From NCBI GenBank assembly GCA_030832185.1, contig JAURJQ010000027.1, forward strand, positions 14,436 through 78,435: DNA of 64,000 nucleotides, written 5' to 3'. A model generated the notes under the pieces. It saw only the letters and a program-made list of their open reading frames with translations. It did no database searches and was not told the origin of the DNA. Positions within the stretch are counted from its first letter, which is position 1, and each line of letters begins with the position of its first letter. This document shows, piece by piece, positions 1-8,551 of this stretch. This stretch comes from Chitinophagales bacterium (GTDB lineage: Bacteria; Bacteroidota; Bacteroidia; Chitinophagales; JADJOU01). The position numbers were made by a program, and so were the translations under genes.

Positions 1-97
1 CTAGCTCTCTTAGCAATCTCGCATCGTTCATAATGACCAAGCTCTCGCCATCTGTAGCAGGATAAGGCACTTTCTTGCATAATAGTAGAATCTTCAA
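1..97 (-). CDS. Partial CDS (5' end only, continues past the left edge); N-terminus resembles group-1 (GT4-like) glycosyltransferases
   Basis: The minus-strand frame is open from TTG (97-95) to position 1 and reads MKILLLCKKVPYPATDGESLVIMNDARLLREL. It is too short for the ORF track. The MKILxL..(K/R)xPYP...G pattern is typical of GT4 N-termini. A TAtcTTTG box lies 20 nt upstream. A second frame from ATG 80 is also open, so the frame choice is inference. Confidence 0.35.
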   Translation of the reverse strand, partial: MKILLLCKKVPYPATDGESLVIMNDARLLREL

Positions 98-117
98 GGT
101 CAGAGGTAAATTATACA

Positions 118-125
118 CAAAGATA
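118..125 (-). promoter_or_regulatory. Bacteroidota-type -7 promoter box (TAnnTTTG)
   Basis: Plus strand reads CAAAGATA, which is TATCTTTG on the minus strand. It lies 20 nt upstream of the TTG at 97. Confidence 0.4.
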
Positions 126-226
126 AAAAACTTAATTCTAGTATCCTAGTAGTATTGTAAATCGTTGAAAACCATAAACAATTCTTTTGATACTAAAAAA
201 TCAACTGGGAAATAAAAAATTCTAAT

Positions 227-234
227 TATCTTTG
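227..234 (+). promoter_or_regulatory. Bacteroidota-type -7 promoter box (TAnnTTTG) for rplS
   Basis: TATCTTTG lies 27 nt upstream of ATG 262. The track's TTG start (232) sits inside this box. Confidence 0.5.
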
Positions 235-261
235 CAGTCCAATTTTTTTAAGAAAAAGATT

Positions 262-615
262 ATGAGTAATATATTAGCAGAAGTAAAGGAAATATTGATA
301 CCTAAGAAAGAAAATCCTGATTTTAACATAGGAGATAACGTAAGTGTACACTATAAAATCATCGAGGGAAATAAAGAGCGAATCCAGATATATAGAGGAG
401 ATGTAATCTATAGAACGGGAACAGGTCTTACGCAGTCTTTTTGTGTTAGAAAACTAAGTAATGGTGTAGGTGTGGAGAGAGTGTTTCCATTGAATTCTCC
501 AATGATTGAAAAGATAGAATTAAATAAGTCCGGTAGAGTGAGAAGAGCTAAGATTTATTACATTAGAGAGCTCAAAGGAAAAGCAATGAGAATAAAGGAG
601 AAGAGATCAGCATAA
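262..615 (+). CDS. rplS: 50S ribosomal protein bL19
   Basis: [11 protein letters not shown]...[26 protein letters not shown]...[17 protein letters not shown]...[16 protein letters not shown] is a full-length L19. ATG 262 is preferred over TTG 232. Confidence 0.95.
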   Translation: MSNILAEVKEILIPKKENPDFNIGDNVSVHYKIIEGNKERIQIYRGDVIYRTGTGLTQSFCVRKLSNGVGVERVFPLNSPMIEKIELNKSGRVRRAKIYYIRELKGKAMRIKEKRSA

Positions 616-650
616 GAAATAGCCTTCAAACTGTTTTTAAGTTTGATTAA

Positions 651-683
651 AAAAAAGCACATTCGAAAGAATGTGCTTTTTTT
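651..683. terminator. Bidirectional rho-independent terminator between convergent rplS and the giant ORF
   Basis: AAAAAA-GCACATTC-GAAA-GAATGTGC-TTTTTTT. It has an 8-bp GC-containing stem and a 4-nt loop. An A-tract precedes it and a T-tract follows it. Confidence 0.75.
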
Positions 684-715
684 ATGATTATAAGTACTAC
701 GGTCTCATTAAAATT

Positions 716-3700
716 CTAAAACATCGTATCAAATAGACTTTGCCCTTCTTCTTTCTTCTCTGGCTCAGATTTTTTCTTCTCGTCAGGACTTTCGTCGGGC
801 TTGGCTCTCGGGCTGTCTGGAGCGTCTTCTTCTAGACTCTCTTCGCCCTCTTTTTTCTCACCTTCTGTACTAGCTTTCTCACTTTGCGTTTCCTCTGCAG
901 GCGTTTCCACAGCTTTTTCTTCGCTTGGACTTTCCTTAGGAGCACCCTCTAGATTAGGCGCTTTTTTATTTTCATTAGAAAATTCTTCCAATTGTACACC
1001 TTTTTCTGTAGTGGCTTTTTTAAGAGCTTCTTTCTGATCTTCTAGAGCTTTGAGTTCAGCTTCTAGAGCTTTGAGTTCAGCTTCTTCTGCACTCAGTTGT
1101 TTTTTTTCTTGTTCTTCTAGCTCTTCTAGCTCAGGAGACTTATCATTTATTATCTCTAATCCATTTAATTCTTTTTCCGATGGTTTTTCTTTATCTGGGT
1201 TGGGTGCGATTCTCTTATCTTCTTCATTGTATTTGCCACCTTTACCCATACGTTTTACAAAAGACTCAACTTCATAGGCCCCCGCTTGCTTATATATATA
1301 ATATTCAGAAGCAGATTTGCGAACAGTTCTCTTTCTAGGATCTATCTGATTGATTGTCCCATTGACAAATTCATTGGAGGTTAAAATTCCGAGTTCACCA
1401 TCTGAATAACTTATGTAAAGCCATTCTCTATTTTTTGATTTGATATAAAGAGTGAAGTAGTCAAAAATTTCTCCATAACCTATCTCTAAGTGACCTTGAC
1501 TCAATTTATTGATAGGCATGCCACCAAACATGGAGATTCCTAGTTCAGGTTTAGAACGGAAGACATTGTCTGCCTTATCATAATCCATTATGAGGTCCGT
1601 AAATAGTATATTGAATGGGGTATATTTAGGCCCATTCTGTATGCCTATTCCCTTGTCCACGTCTGCCAAAAAATTGATATAATCCTTTGGATGGCATAGC
1701 TCATTGAAGGCATACCTCGTTTCTTTTTTTACATAGGATATATCTTTATTGGTCTCAAACTCTGTGACTATAAAATTACTTAGAGCATTCATCACTTTAG
1801 GATCTATGGTAATATTCATTCCTGCTCCACCCATAAATTTATAGGAATAGGCATTCATATCATTCTGCATCATACCAGCCATAATAAAAGGAATACCTCC
1901 GATACGCAAGGCGGGATTAATTTTTCCTTCGGCATTGATAGTGCCTTCGGAATCGGAATAGTCTAGTTTGGTGCCAGTAGATGCGCCAGAGAGTATACGA
2001 GTGGAATCTCCAAAATAGTAATGATTGTCTAGTGGCAAATGTTTGATAACGCCTCGTCCATCTAATGCGATGTTATCGGACTCGCCTTTCAGTGGGGCTA
2101 GCAGTCCTGTATACCAGCCAGTATGATTTTCTCTATCTATAAAGAAGCCAGTATGAAGTTCTTTTTCATTCTCTGCTTTCAGCTCTTTTTTATGCATGGA
2201 GAGTTCTGATACATTGATCTCATTGTCTACTGTAAACCATGGAGATTTATAACTCGGATTGGTAAATTCTATTCGCTGCATTCCCGAAAAATGAGGATAT
2301 TTTTTATTTAAAAATATATGGACATTACCATGAAATTCTGTATTTCGATAGATTTTAAGGTTCTGAGATTTCTCTACCTTGCCTGTACCTTCAATAGTAT
2401 AGGTATATTTTTTTGTTTTTGATTTTTTTTCAATTGGCAGTTCTTTTTTATCTACTTTGATAGAGTGTAGGCGAATAGGATAATCTTGATTATTGACTTT
2501 TAGAGTATATTCACCATATCCTAGTACATCGTTTTTACCATTGATATCAAGGGTTGCTTTTTCTATCACATGATACATATTGGCCGTATCACCTTCTATC
2601 GTCGCATTTTTTAGCGTTTCCATTTTAGCCTCAGGAAAAATATTCACCTTGCCACCATCGGGTATGATACGTGAATCAGCGATGAGGATTTCTTCCACGC
2701 CTTCCATTTTTATAATTGAGCTTACCATATTGTATTCTGCTTTTTTACAATAGAAAGTGAGGCTATCTTGCATAGGATGGGTAGAGGTAAATCGCGAACC
2801 CATTGTTCCTTCCTTAGCACTAAAAGCCAATATCTTTTTATTGATATCCCATCGAAATTCATTGATCTCACCCTTGTATTGATTATAAGCAAAATTGGTA
2901 GAAATATCTTTTTCATTCGATTTGAAGTCTCCGATTTTCGTTTCAAAGTTCATAAAGCAGCTTACATTAGGAGTTTTAAAGGTCAATTTATTTCCTAAAC
3001 CTTTAATCTCCATTGAAGAGGTATCTGCCTTCATGGTTGTAGATTTAAATCGCATTTGATTCGAGGTGATTTTCGCCTCTTCAAAATCTAAGAATCCGTC
3101 TCCCGACAGCCCATTATTTTCTAAAATGAGCAGTCCATGCATTTTAGTCCCCTGATTAAACATGTTAAAAGGATTATTTTTAGTAGAAGCTAGTAACATT
3201 GTATCGGAGTATGGCCTCCATTCTACCAGAGCACTATTTGCAGATAACTGGGGGTATTCAATGAGCCCTTTTTGCTCCTTCATTACTACTGTTTTAGCAA
3301 GAAGATTGGTCTGATCTGGAAAATATAAAATACTATCTGAGCCTAAAGTTGCCGTCATATAAGATAATTCGCCTTTTCCGACTAGTCCCGAATTACTTAA
3401 ATTAATAGACCCCATGAAATTCCCTTTCCCTTTATAGTTTTTATATCCGGCTGCGGGGGTTTGGCTGCTAAACCCTAGAGATAAGTCCTTCTGAATTGTC
3501 AGTTTTTCTTTAAATATTGGAAAGATATCAGCAGAGTTTAACTCTCCATCATAGAAAAGGGCACTGGGTTCGAAATGCAGCAAAGAATCTTTTTTAAAAG
3601 GAAAAACTTTAAAAAAGAAGTTTTCTCGCTTATATCTGCCCCGATAAATATTAGGATTATCATAGTATACGAATGAATTAGCGTAAGTAGTCATTTTAGG

Positions 3701-5779
3701 ATACATACGTGCGCTTTGCATTCCGGATTTATTGAATTTACCATTGATATAGATTTGAGCTTTGACCTGTTCTAATGTAGATTTCAAAGGCTGCAATAAT
3801 TCCTCGCCACTCGCCTTATCTTTTTTCTCTGGTATATTGATTTTCATCTTATCTATGCTATCAGATTTTATAGTGAAGCTATCATAGCTAAATTTATAGT
3901 CGCTCCCGTATAGATCTAATCTGCCCGCCAAAACTTTTCCGTCAAATTTTAGTTGTCTATTCTTGCCAACTTCTGTATTCGAACTTTTATACGGATAGGC
4001 GTGCGCATAGGAAGAGTCGTTGAAGGGAATATGGGCTACTCTATTCACGCTTATTTTATTGGTGCTTAAAGAGAATTTGCCAATACTTTTATCTCCATAT
4101 CCTTTAAAGCGCAGGAGATCATAATCTATTTGTTTTTGATAAGCTTTTTGATAGAAGTTTACTTTATTTTTATTTATAGTAATTGTTTGGTCTGTACTAC
4201 TATAGTTCAGAAATCCGTCTTTCTCCAATGCAAATACAGCAGGTAAAACACTAGAGCTAGAAAACGAAGGCCCATAAGCAGCTACTAGATTATCCAAAGG
4301 AATGGGATAGCTGCCATCTTTGCTCAGTTTTACGAGAATGGATAGTGGATTTAAATCAGTCGAGGCTGTGCGCGCTTGGTTATATGTCTCTTGGTCAAAA
4401 TTATTTTCAGAAATAAATTTAGATGCATTTTTCCCTCTTCCTACGAGCATGCTGAGGTTCATTTCATCTTCCGTTATTTTCCATGTGATCATTTCTGCAT
4501 CGAATGCCATATTATGGAAACTGCTTAAATATCTTGCCTTCCCAGATCCATACTCTTCCCCTAGAATTAGTATTTGATTATTTTGTACTTCATATTTCAA
4601 CGAAGCATAAGGGTGAGTGACAGAATCTTTACCGGCAAATATTTTTATCCGAGACTTGTCCATTCGAATGAATTGACCCCTCTTAAAAATACAGCTCAAT
4701 CCTTCCGCTTCTAATAATTTTTTTGTATTGGCTAGATTGAAAATGGCGACCTTCACCGCAGATCCATCCTCCGAACCTACCACTACATCTGGCCCTTTCA
4801 TCACAAATCCCCCACTCATCCGCAGGTTAGCTGCTATTTTATTATCGAAAGAATAGTTTTTATTATAAGATGTAAACTGAGGATAACGCACGGTGGTGAA
4901 GTCTTGCTCTTTCGTGATTTTATCTACGAGCTTTCCTAGGATAGGTTTAGGGAAATATTCGGGATAGGTTAGCATGACAGAATCTATTGTATATTCTGGC
5001 TTGGACATATCTATTTTATATCGACCAAAACTGGCACTGACCTCAGAAGCAGCAAATCCTACTCTTTGCCAGTTTATTACCCCCATATTTCCTGTCCATA
5101 CTTTTTCCATGATATTATACTCACCGCTCGTATTGAATATGTAAACTGTGTCAGTTTTAAAAAATCCTTGTATATTAGTCAATGGCACCTTGACTATAAA
5201 GTTGCCTTTGTCATAGGCGAAGCTCAGGTCTTTGGTCTCGATTCGATAAGTCTTAGACTTCTCCGCCACCAAGGCATTCTGGCTAAAGAGGTCATTGGAA
5301 AAATCCATGAAAATTTTAAAATCTCTATTGTTTCCTTTTTTTGCATTTTCCAATATTCCTTTGACGAATAGGTACCAGCGGTCTTGAAAATTTTCGTCAA
5401 AACCGGAATTGGTCGCGCTGAGACAGCCAGAGATAAATTCTTTATACATCGGATAGACATTCATCTTTCTCTCATGCATCACATTGAGAATATCGCACAT
5501 TTTAGTGAGCTGATAGTCGTTTATTTTTTTGGATTTAAACTCTTTTTCAAGTTTTTTGTGGAGCTCTTCTAATTCGTCATGCTGATTTTCTTTAAAGAGC
5601 ACGCCCAGCTGTTTCATAAAATTTTCTGGCTGTGGATCGAAGTATTTATCTTGAGAGAAAAGTGAAAAGTGAAAAGTTAAAAGTAGGAGATACAAAACTC
5701 GCTTACATATCACATCCACAGACCACTCCCGACAGCTATCGGGACTTTCTACTTTCATCTTTCTACTTTCTACTTTCAT
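716..5779 (-). CDS. Very large (~1670-1687 aa) secreted or envelope protein of unknown function with an acidic/lysine-rich coiled-coil C-terminal tail
   Basis: Uninterrupted ORF. A signal-peptide-like segment KRVLYLLLLTFHFSLFSQ lies near the N-terminus. The long body looks beta-rich. The last ~230 aa are E/K/P/S low complexity (AELKALEAELKALEDQKEALKK...). The start is uncertain: ATG 5779, ATG 5758 or GTG 5713 (MICKRVLYLLLL...). I recognise no family. Confidence 0.8.
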   Translation of the reverse strand: MKVESRKMKVESPDSCREWSVDVICKRVLYLLLLTFHFSLFSQDKYFDPQPENFMKQLGVLFKENQHDELEELHKKLEKEFKSKKINDYQLTKMCDILNVMHERKMNVYPMYKEFISGCLSATNSGFDENFQDRWYLFVKGILENAKKGNNRDFKIFMDFSNDLFSQNALVAEKSKTYRIETKDLSFAYDKGNFIVKVPLTNIQGFFKTDTVYIFNTSGEYNIMEKVWTGNMGVINWQRVGFAASEVSASFGRYKIDMSKPEYTIDSVMLTYPEYFPKPILGKLVDKITKEQDFTTVRYPQFTSYNKNYSFDNKIAANLRMSGGFVMKGPDVVVGSEDGSAVKVAIFNLANTKKLLEAEGLSCIFKRGQFIRMDKSRIKIFAGKDSVTHPYASLKYEVQNNQILILGEEYGSGKARYLSSFHNMAFDAEMITWKITEDEMNLSMLVGRGKNASKFISENNFDQETYNQARTASTDLNPLSILVKLSKDGSYPIPLDNLVAAYGPSFSSSSVLPAVFALEKDGFLNYSSTDQTITINKNKVNFYQKAYQKQIDYDLLRFKGYGDKSIGKFSLSTNKISVNRVAHIPFNDSSYAHAYPYKSSNTEVGKNRQLKFDGKVLAGRLDLYGSDYKFSYDSFTIKSDSIDKMKINIPEKKDKASGEELLQPLKSTLEQVKAQIYINGKFNKSGMQSARMYPKMTTYANSFVYYDNPNIYRGRYKRENFFFKVFPFKKDSLLHFEPSALFYDGELNSADIFPIFKEKLTIQKDLSLGFSSQTPAAGYKNYKGKGNFMGSINLSNSGLVGKGELSYMTATLGSDSILYFPDQTNLLAKTVVMKEQKGLIEYPQLSANSALVEWRPYSDTMLLASTKNNPFNMFNQGTKMHGLLILENNGLSGDGFLDFEEAKITSNQMRFKSTTMKADTSSMEIKGLGNKLTFKTPNVSCFMNFETKIGDFKSNEKDISTNFAYNQYKGEINEFRWDINKKILAFSAKEGTMGSRFTSTHPMQDSLTFYCKKAEYNMVSSIIKMEGVEEILIADSRIIPDGGKVNIFPEAKMETLKNATIEGDTANMYHVIEKATLDINGKNDVLGYGEYTLKVNNQDYPIRLHSIKVDKKELPIEKKSKTKKYTYTIEGTGKVEKSQNLKIYRNTEFHGNVHIFLNKKYPHFSGMQRIEFTNPSYKSPWFTVDNEINVSELSMHKKELKAENEKELHTGFFIDRENHTGWYTGLLAPLKGESDNIALDGRGVIKHLPLDNHYYFGDSTRILSGASTGTKLDYSDSEGTINAEGKINPALRIGGIPFIMAGMMQNDMNAYSYKFMGGAGMNITIDPKVMNALSNFIVTEFETNKDISYVKKETRYAFNELCHPKDYINFLADVDKGIGIQNGPKYTPFNILFTDLIMDYDKADNVFRSKPELGISMFGGMPINKLSQGHLEIGYGEIFDYFTLYIKSKNREWLYISYSDGELGILTSNEFVNGTINQIDPRKRTVRKSASEYYIYKQAGAYEVESFVKRMGKGGKYNEEDKRIAPNPDKEKPSEKELNGLEIINDKSPELEELEEQEKKQLSAEEAELKALEAELKALEDQKEALKKATTEKGVQLEEFSNENKKAPNLEGAPKESPSEEKAVETPAEETQSEKASTEGEKKEGEESLEEDAPDSPRAKPDESPDEKKKSEPEKKEEGQSLFDTMF
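1041..1082. repeat. Perfect 21-bp tandem duplication inside the giant ORF tail
   Basis: TCTAGAGCTTTGAGTTCAGCT occurs twice back to back (1041-1061 and 1062-1082). It encodes AELKALE-AELKALE on the minus strand. Confidence 0.9.
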
Positions 5780-5785
5780 CTTTTT
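5657..5785. repeat. Two inverted arrays of 7-nt tandem repeats flanking a short GC hairpin at the prmA / giant-ORF junction
   Basis: Plus strand 5657-5684 is GAAAAGT GAAAAGT GAAAAGT TAAAAGT. Plus strand 5744-5785 is ACTTTCT ACTTTCA TCTTTCT ACTTTCT ACTTTCA TCTTTTT, giving a 21-nt super-period. A hairpin TCCCGA-CAGCTA-TCGGGA sits at 5727-5744. Confidence 0.85.
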
Positions 5786-6641
5786 AATTTAAACTTTTCA
5801 CTAAATGCAGACATGCCCAATTATTCAACTCCGCAGATTCCACAAGATCAAATCCATGCGATTTATAACTCGCTTCTATATCTTGGATATCTTTCGAATA
5901 AAATCCGCTTAATAATAAATGTGAATTTTTCTGACTGTACCGGCTTAGCTTAAACGCACTATCTAGCAATATATTTTTGGTGATGTTCGCTATGATGATA
6001 TCAAATCTGTCTTCTGGAAGCAGAAAGTTAGCAGCTTCACACTCATCTATAGTACCTAAAAAGAAGCCAAGGTGAGTACACTGATTGATTTGACTATTCT
6101 CTATCGAGTTATGATAAGCCCATTCTTCATTATCATTTCCTATCGCACTGGCTGCGCCCATTTTTTCTGCCATGATAGCTAGTATGCCGGTGCCGCTGCC
6201 GTAGTCCCAAACCTTTTTTTCCTTAAAGTCTAGTTTCTGCATCATCTCCATCATCTGCTTGGTGGTCTCATGATGCCCTGTGCCGAAGCTCATTTTAGGA
6301 TCGATGATGATTTCGTTCTGAACCGGCAATGGTGCATGAAAGGATGCTCGGACTCCCCATAAATTATCTAGAATGATGATAGGCTGAAAGGACTTTTCAT
6401 ACGTTTCATTCCAGTTGATGTCCGCCTCGTCTTCAATGTCCCATTTTACACACAGGTTGAGTTCATTGACGATTTCATTTAATTTATCTTTAGATTGCAG
6501 ACGACTATCATAGGAAAAAATCAATTGCTTTTCTTCCTGTACCACCGATTCAAAATTGCTCTGAAAATTCAATACAGCTATGACATTTTCTTGGTTTTCT
6601 TCCCCTTCGATAGGCAGCACCAATTTATAATATTTAGACAT
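5784..6641 (-). CDS. prmA: Ribosomal protein L11 methyltransferase
   Basis: DPKMSFGTGHHETTKQMMEMM...VWDYGSGTGILAIMAEKMGA...DIIIANI matches the PrmA SAM-methyltransferase motifs. ATG 6641 (MSKYYKLVLP...) is preferred over the track's upstream start at 6704. Confidence 0.9.
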   Translation of the reverse strand: MSKYYKLVLPIEGEENQENVIAVLNFQSNFESVVQEEKQLIFSYDSRLQSKDKLNEIVNELNLCVKWDIEDEADINWNETYEKSFQPIIILDNLWGVRASFHAPLPVQNEIIIDPKMSFGTGHHETTKQMMEMMQKLDFKEKKVWDYGSGTGILAIMAEKMGAASAIGNDNEEWAYHNSIENSQINQCTHLGFFLGTIDECEAANFLLPEDRFDIIIANITKNILLDSAFKLSRYSQKNSHLLLSGFYSKDIQDIEASYKSHGFDLVESAELNNWACLHLVKSLN

Positions 6642-7083
6642 AAAGCAAATATAGCGAAATGGGTCGATTGAGGGAAATGGGTTTTCCACGTTACGTAGGA
6701 ACACACCTTAAGGCGTGTTCTTTCTTTTCAATCTCCCTAACCTTTTCTATCAAACATGCCTTTTCCGCTGTGGGATTGGTTTCGGAGATGTGATTGTTTA
6801 ATCTTATGATATCCGTTTTGGTTTGTTTAGAATGAATAATGCTGTGAAGTAGCTTGAAAAAGTTTTTATAAATTTGGAATTGATAAGCTTTGGATTTATG
6901 TCGAAGGAGAAAAATTTTTGCTTTATAGATTCTGCTATCCGCAGGTTCCTCATGATATAATTTTTCATTTTATTATTTAGCGACAATATATCTTCTCATA
7001 AAGAACTTTTGCTAATTCTTGATAAATTTTGTCTTTTTTGAATGGAAGAAAAACTAATATGACAAGGATTTTAAATATGTGAG

Positions 7084-7773
7084 CTAAGTCACATTGAAGA
7101 TAGATTTATCTAAAATGAGAATTTTTTTTCCAGACAACAGAATAATGTTTTCACTTTGCAATGCATAAAGTTGACGCGTAATGGATTCTCTTGTGGCGCC
7201 TGCTATATCGGCTATATCTTGTCTTTTGATCTCTGCATTGATCGTATTCTTGTCATTTTTATATCCATAGGTCTCTATAAGGTTTTTTAGAGCTTTAATC
7301 ACCCGAGTGCGAACAGAATCCTGAGCTAACTGGATCATGCTGCTTTCTGCTTCCCTTAGCTCTTTGGCTAGTAGTTTGGCCACAGACCATACAATATTTG
7401 GATTTTTTTTAGTCAATTCTTCGAGTGCATTGCGCGGTATGAAACAAACATGTACATTCTCTAGAGCCATTGCCGAACCACTGAATTTTTCCTCGGCAAA
7501 CAGCGCTCTATGTCCCAGATTCTGACCTGTATGGACTAAATGGGTGATTTGCTCCTTCCCATCAGCGCCTATTTTGAAAACCTTGATTTTACCTGCACGC
7601 AGACAATAGATGCCTTTAGGATCTTCTCCTTCGTGAAAAAGATAGTCTCCCTTTTCATAGAATTTGCATACTTTAAATTCATTGAGTGAGGCCAATTCAC
7701 TCTGTTCCATACCTGCGAAAATGGACTCAGAAAGAACGGAACAATTTTGACAATTGAAATGTTGTATTTTCAT
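7084..7773 (-). CDS. Crp/Fnr-family transcriptional regulator
   Basis: A cNMP-binding-like beta-roll (YLFHEGEDPKGIYCLRAGKIKVFK) is followed by a C-terminal HTH (RQDIADIAGATRESITRQL). It starts only 7 nt after the stop of the upstream TPM gene. Confidence 0.85.
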   Translation of the reverse strand: MKIQHFNCQNCSVLSESIFAGMEQSELASLNEFKVCKFYEKGDYLFHEGEDPKGIYCLRAGKIKVFKIGADGKEQITHLVHTGQNLGHRALFAEEKFSGSAMALENVHVCFIPRNALEELTKKNPNIVWSVAKLLAKELREAESSMIQLAQDSVRTRVIKALKNLIETYGYKNDKNTINAEIKRQDIADIAGATRESITRQLYALQSENIILLSGKKILILDKSIFNVT

Positions 7774-7780
7774 ATACTAT

Positions 7781-8551
7781 TTACCAACTACCACCAGCTC
7801 CGCCACCGCCGAAGCTGCCACCGCCGAAGCTGCCACCTGAGGAACCGCCTCCCCATGAGGAACCACCGCCTCCCCAGCTGCCGCCTGAGCCCCAGAATCC
7901 TCCGCCATTATAGCCTCTGCCTGAGAAGGTTTCACCATAATTCACCGAGTTTGATATTTTTCCAAATAGCCAGGAGAGGAATAAGATAATAAGCAGGATG
8001 ATAATGATACCGAAAATCGAGATTTCAGCTCCTGCTGAAGATTTCTCGTCTTTCACAAAACTGCCGCTAAGTCTATTCATCATCTGAAGAATACCCAGTC
8101 GCACGCCATTATAAAAATTGCCTGATTTGAATTCAGGCAAAATATAGTTGTCTCGGATTCTACCAAGGAAGACATCGGTTAGCTTTTCTTCTGTGCCGCG
8201 CCCCGAGGCTATATACATTTTGCGATCATTTGGTGCTACCATGAAAAGCACGCCATTATCTTTGTCTGCCTGGCCTATACCCCACTTTTCTCCTAGCTCT
8301 GTAGAATATTGGGCGGCATCCATGCCCTCTAATGAAGGGATAGTCACCACTACTATTTGAGTAGATGTACTGTCAAAATAGTCTATGAGCATTTGCTCCA
8401 TTTCGGAGCGCTCATAATCTTTGAAAATATTAGCTAAGTCATTGACATAAATAGCAGGTTCTGGTCTAGTAGGATAGGTCTGTGAATAGATACCCGATAG
8501 ACAAAGCCATGCAAGAATCGTAAATAGAAGGCGCAACTTAAATTTTCCCAT
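7781..8551 (-). CDS. TPM-domain protein (YgcG-like) with TM segment and Gly-rich tail
   Basis: Signal peptide, then TPM-type core (YVNDLANIF...STQIVVVTIPSLEG...GVLFMVAPNDRKMYI). A TM helix follows, then a GGSWGGGGSSWGGGSSGGSFGGGSFGGGGAGGSW tail. Confidence 0.85.
   Translation of the reverse strand: MGKFKLRLLFTILAWLCLSGIYSQTYPTRPEPAIYVNDLANIFKDYERSEMEQMLIDYFDSTSTQIVVVTIPSLEGMDAAQYSTELGEKWGIGQADKDNGVLFMVAPNDRKMYIASGRGTEEKLTDVFLGRIRDNYILPEFKSGNFYNGVRLGILQMMNRLSGSFVKDEKSSAGAEISIFGIIIILLIILFLSWLFGKISNSVNYGETFSGRGYNGGGFWGSGGSWGGGGSSWGGGSSGGSFGGGSFGGGGAGGSW
7803..7837. repeat. 15-bp tandem repeat (about 2.3 copies) encoding the Gly-rich tail
   Basis: CCACCGCCGAAGCTG occurs at 7803-7817 and 7818-7832, followed by a partial copy. 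It is a local GC-rich patch and lies within coding sequence. Confidence 0.85.

Noticed and set aside
3567-3574. GGTTCGAA, a T-loop-like motif suggesting a tRNA
   Set aside because: It lies inside the giant ORF and has no acceptor or anticodon stem complementarity around it.
7084-7773. An FNR-type oxygen-sensing [4Fe-4S] regulator, suggested by the N-terminal CQNC
   Set aside because: Only a C-x2-C pair is present. The third N-terminal Cys at the FNR spacing is missing, so an FNR-like cluster cannot be claimed from sequence.
7747-7989. 80-aa plus-strand ORF with repeated HRRSCH, and the GC-rich 15-bp tandem repeat at 7803-7837, considered as a possible repeat element
   Set aside because: It is the antisense reading of the Gly-rich (GGSFGGGSF) tail typical of YgcG-like TPM proteins. 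The repeat is coding low complexity, not a CRISPR array or mobile repeat.
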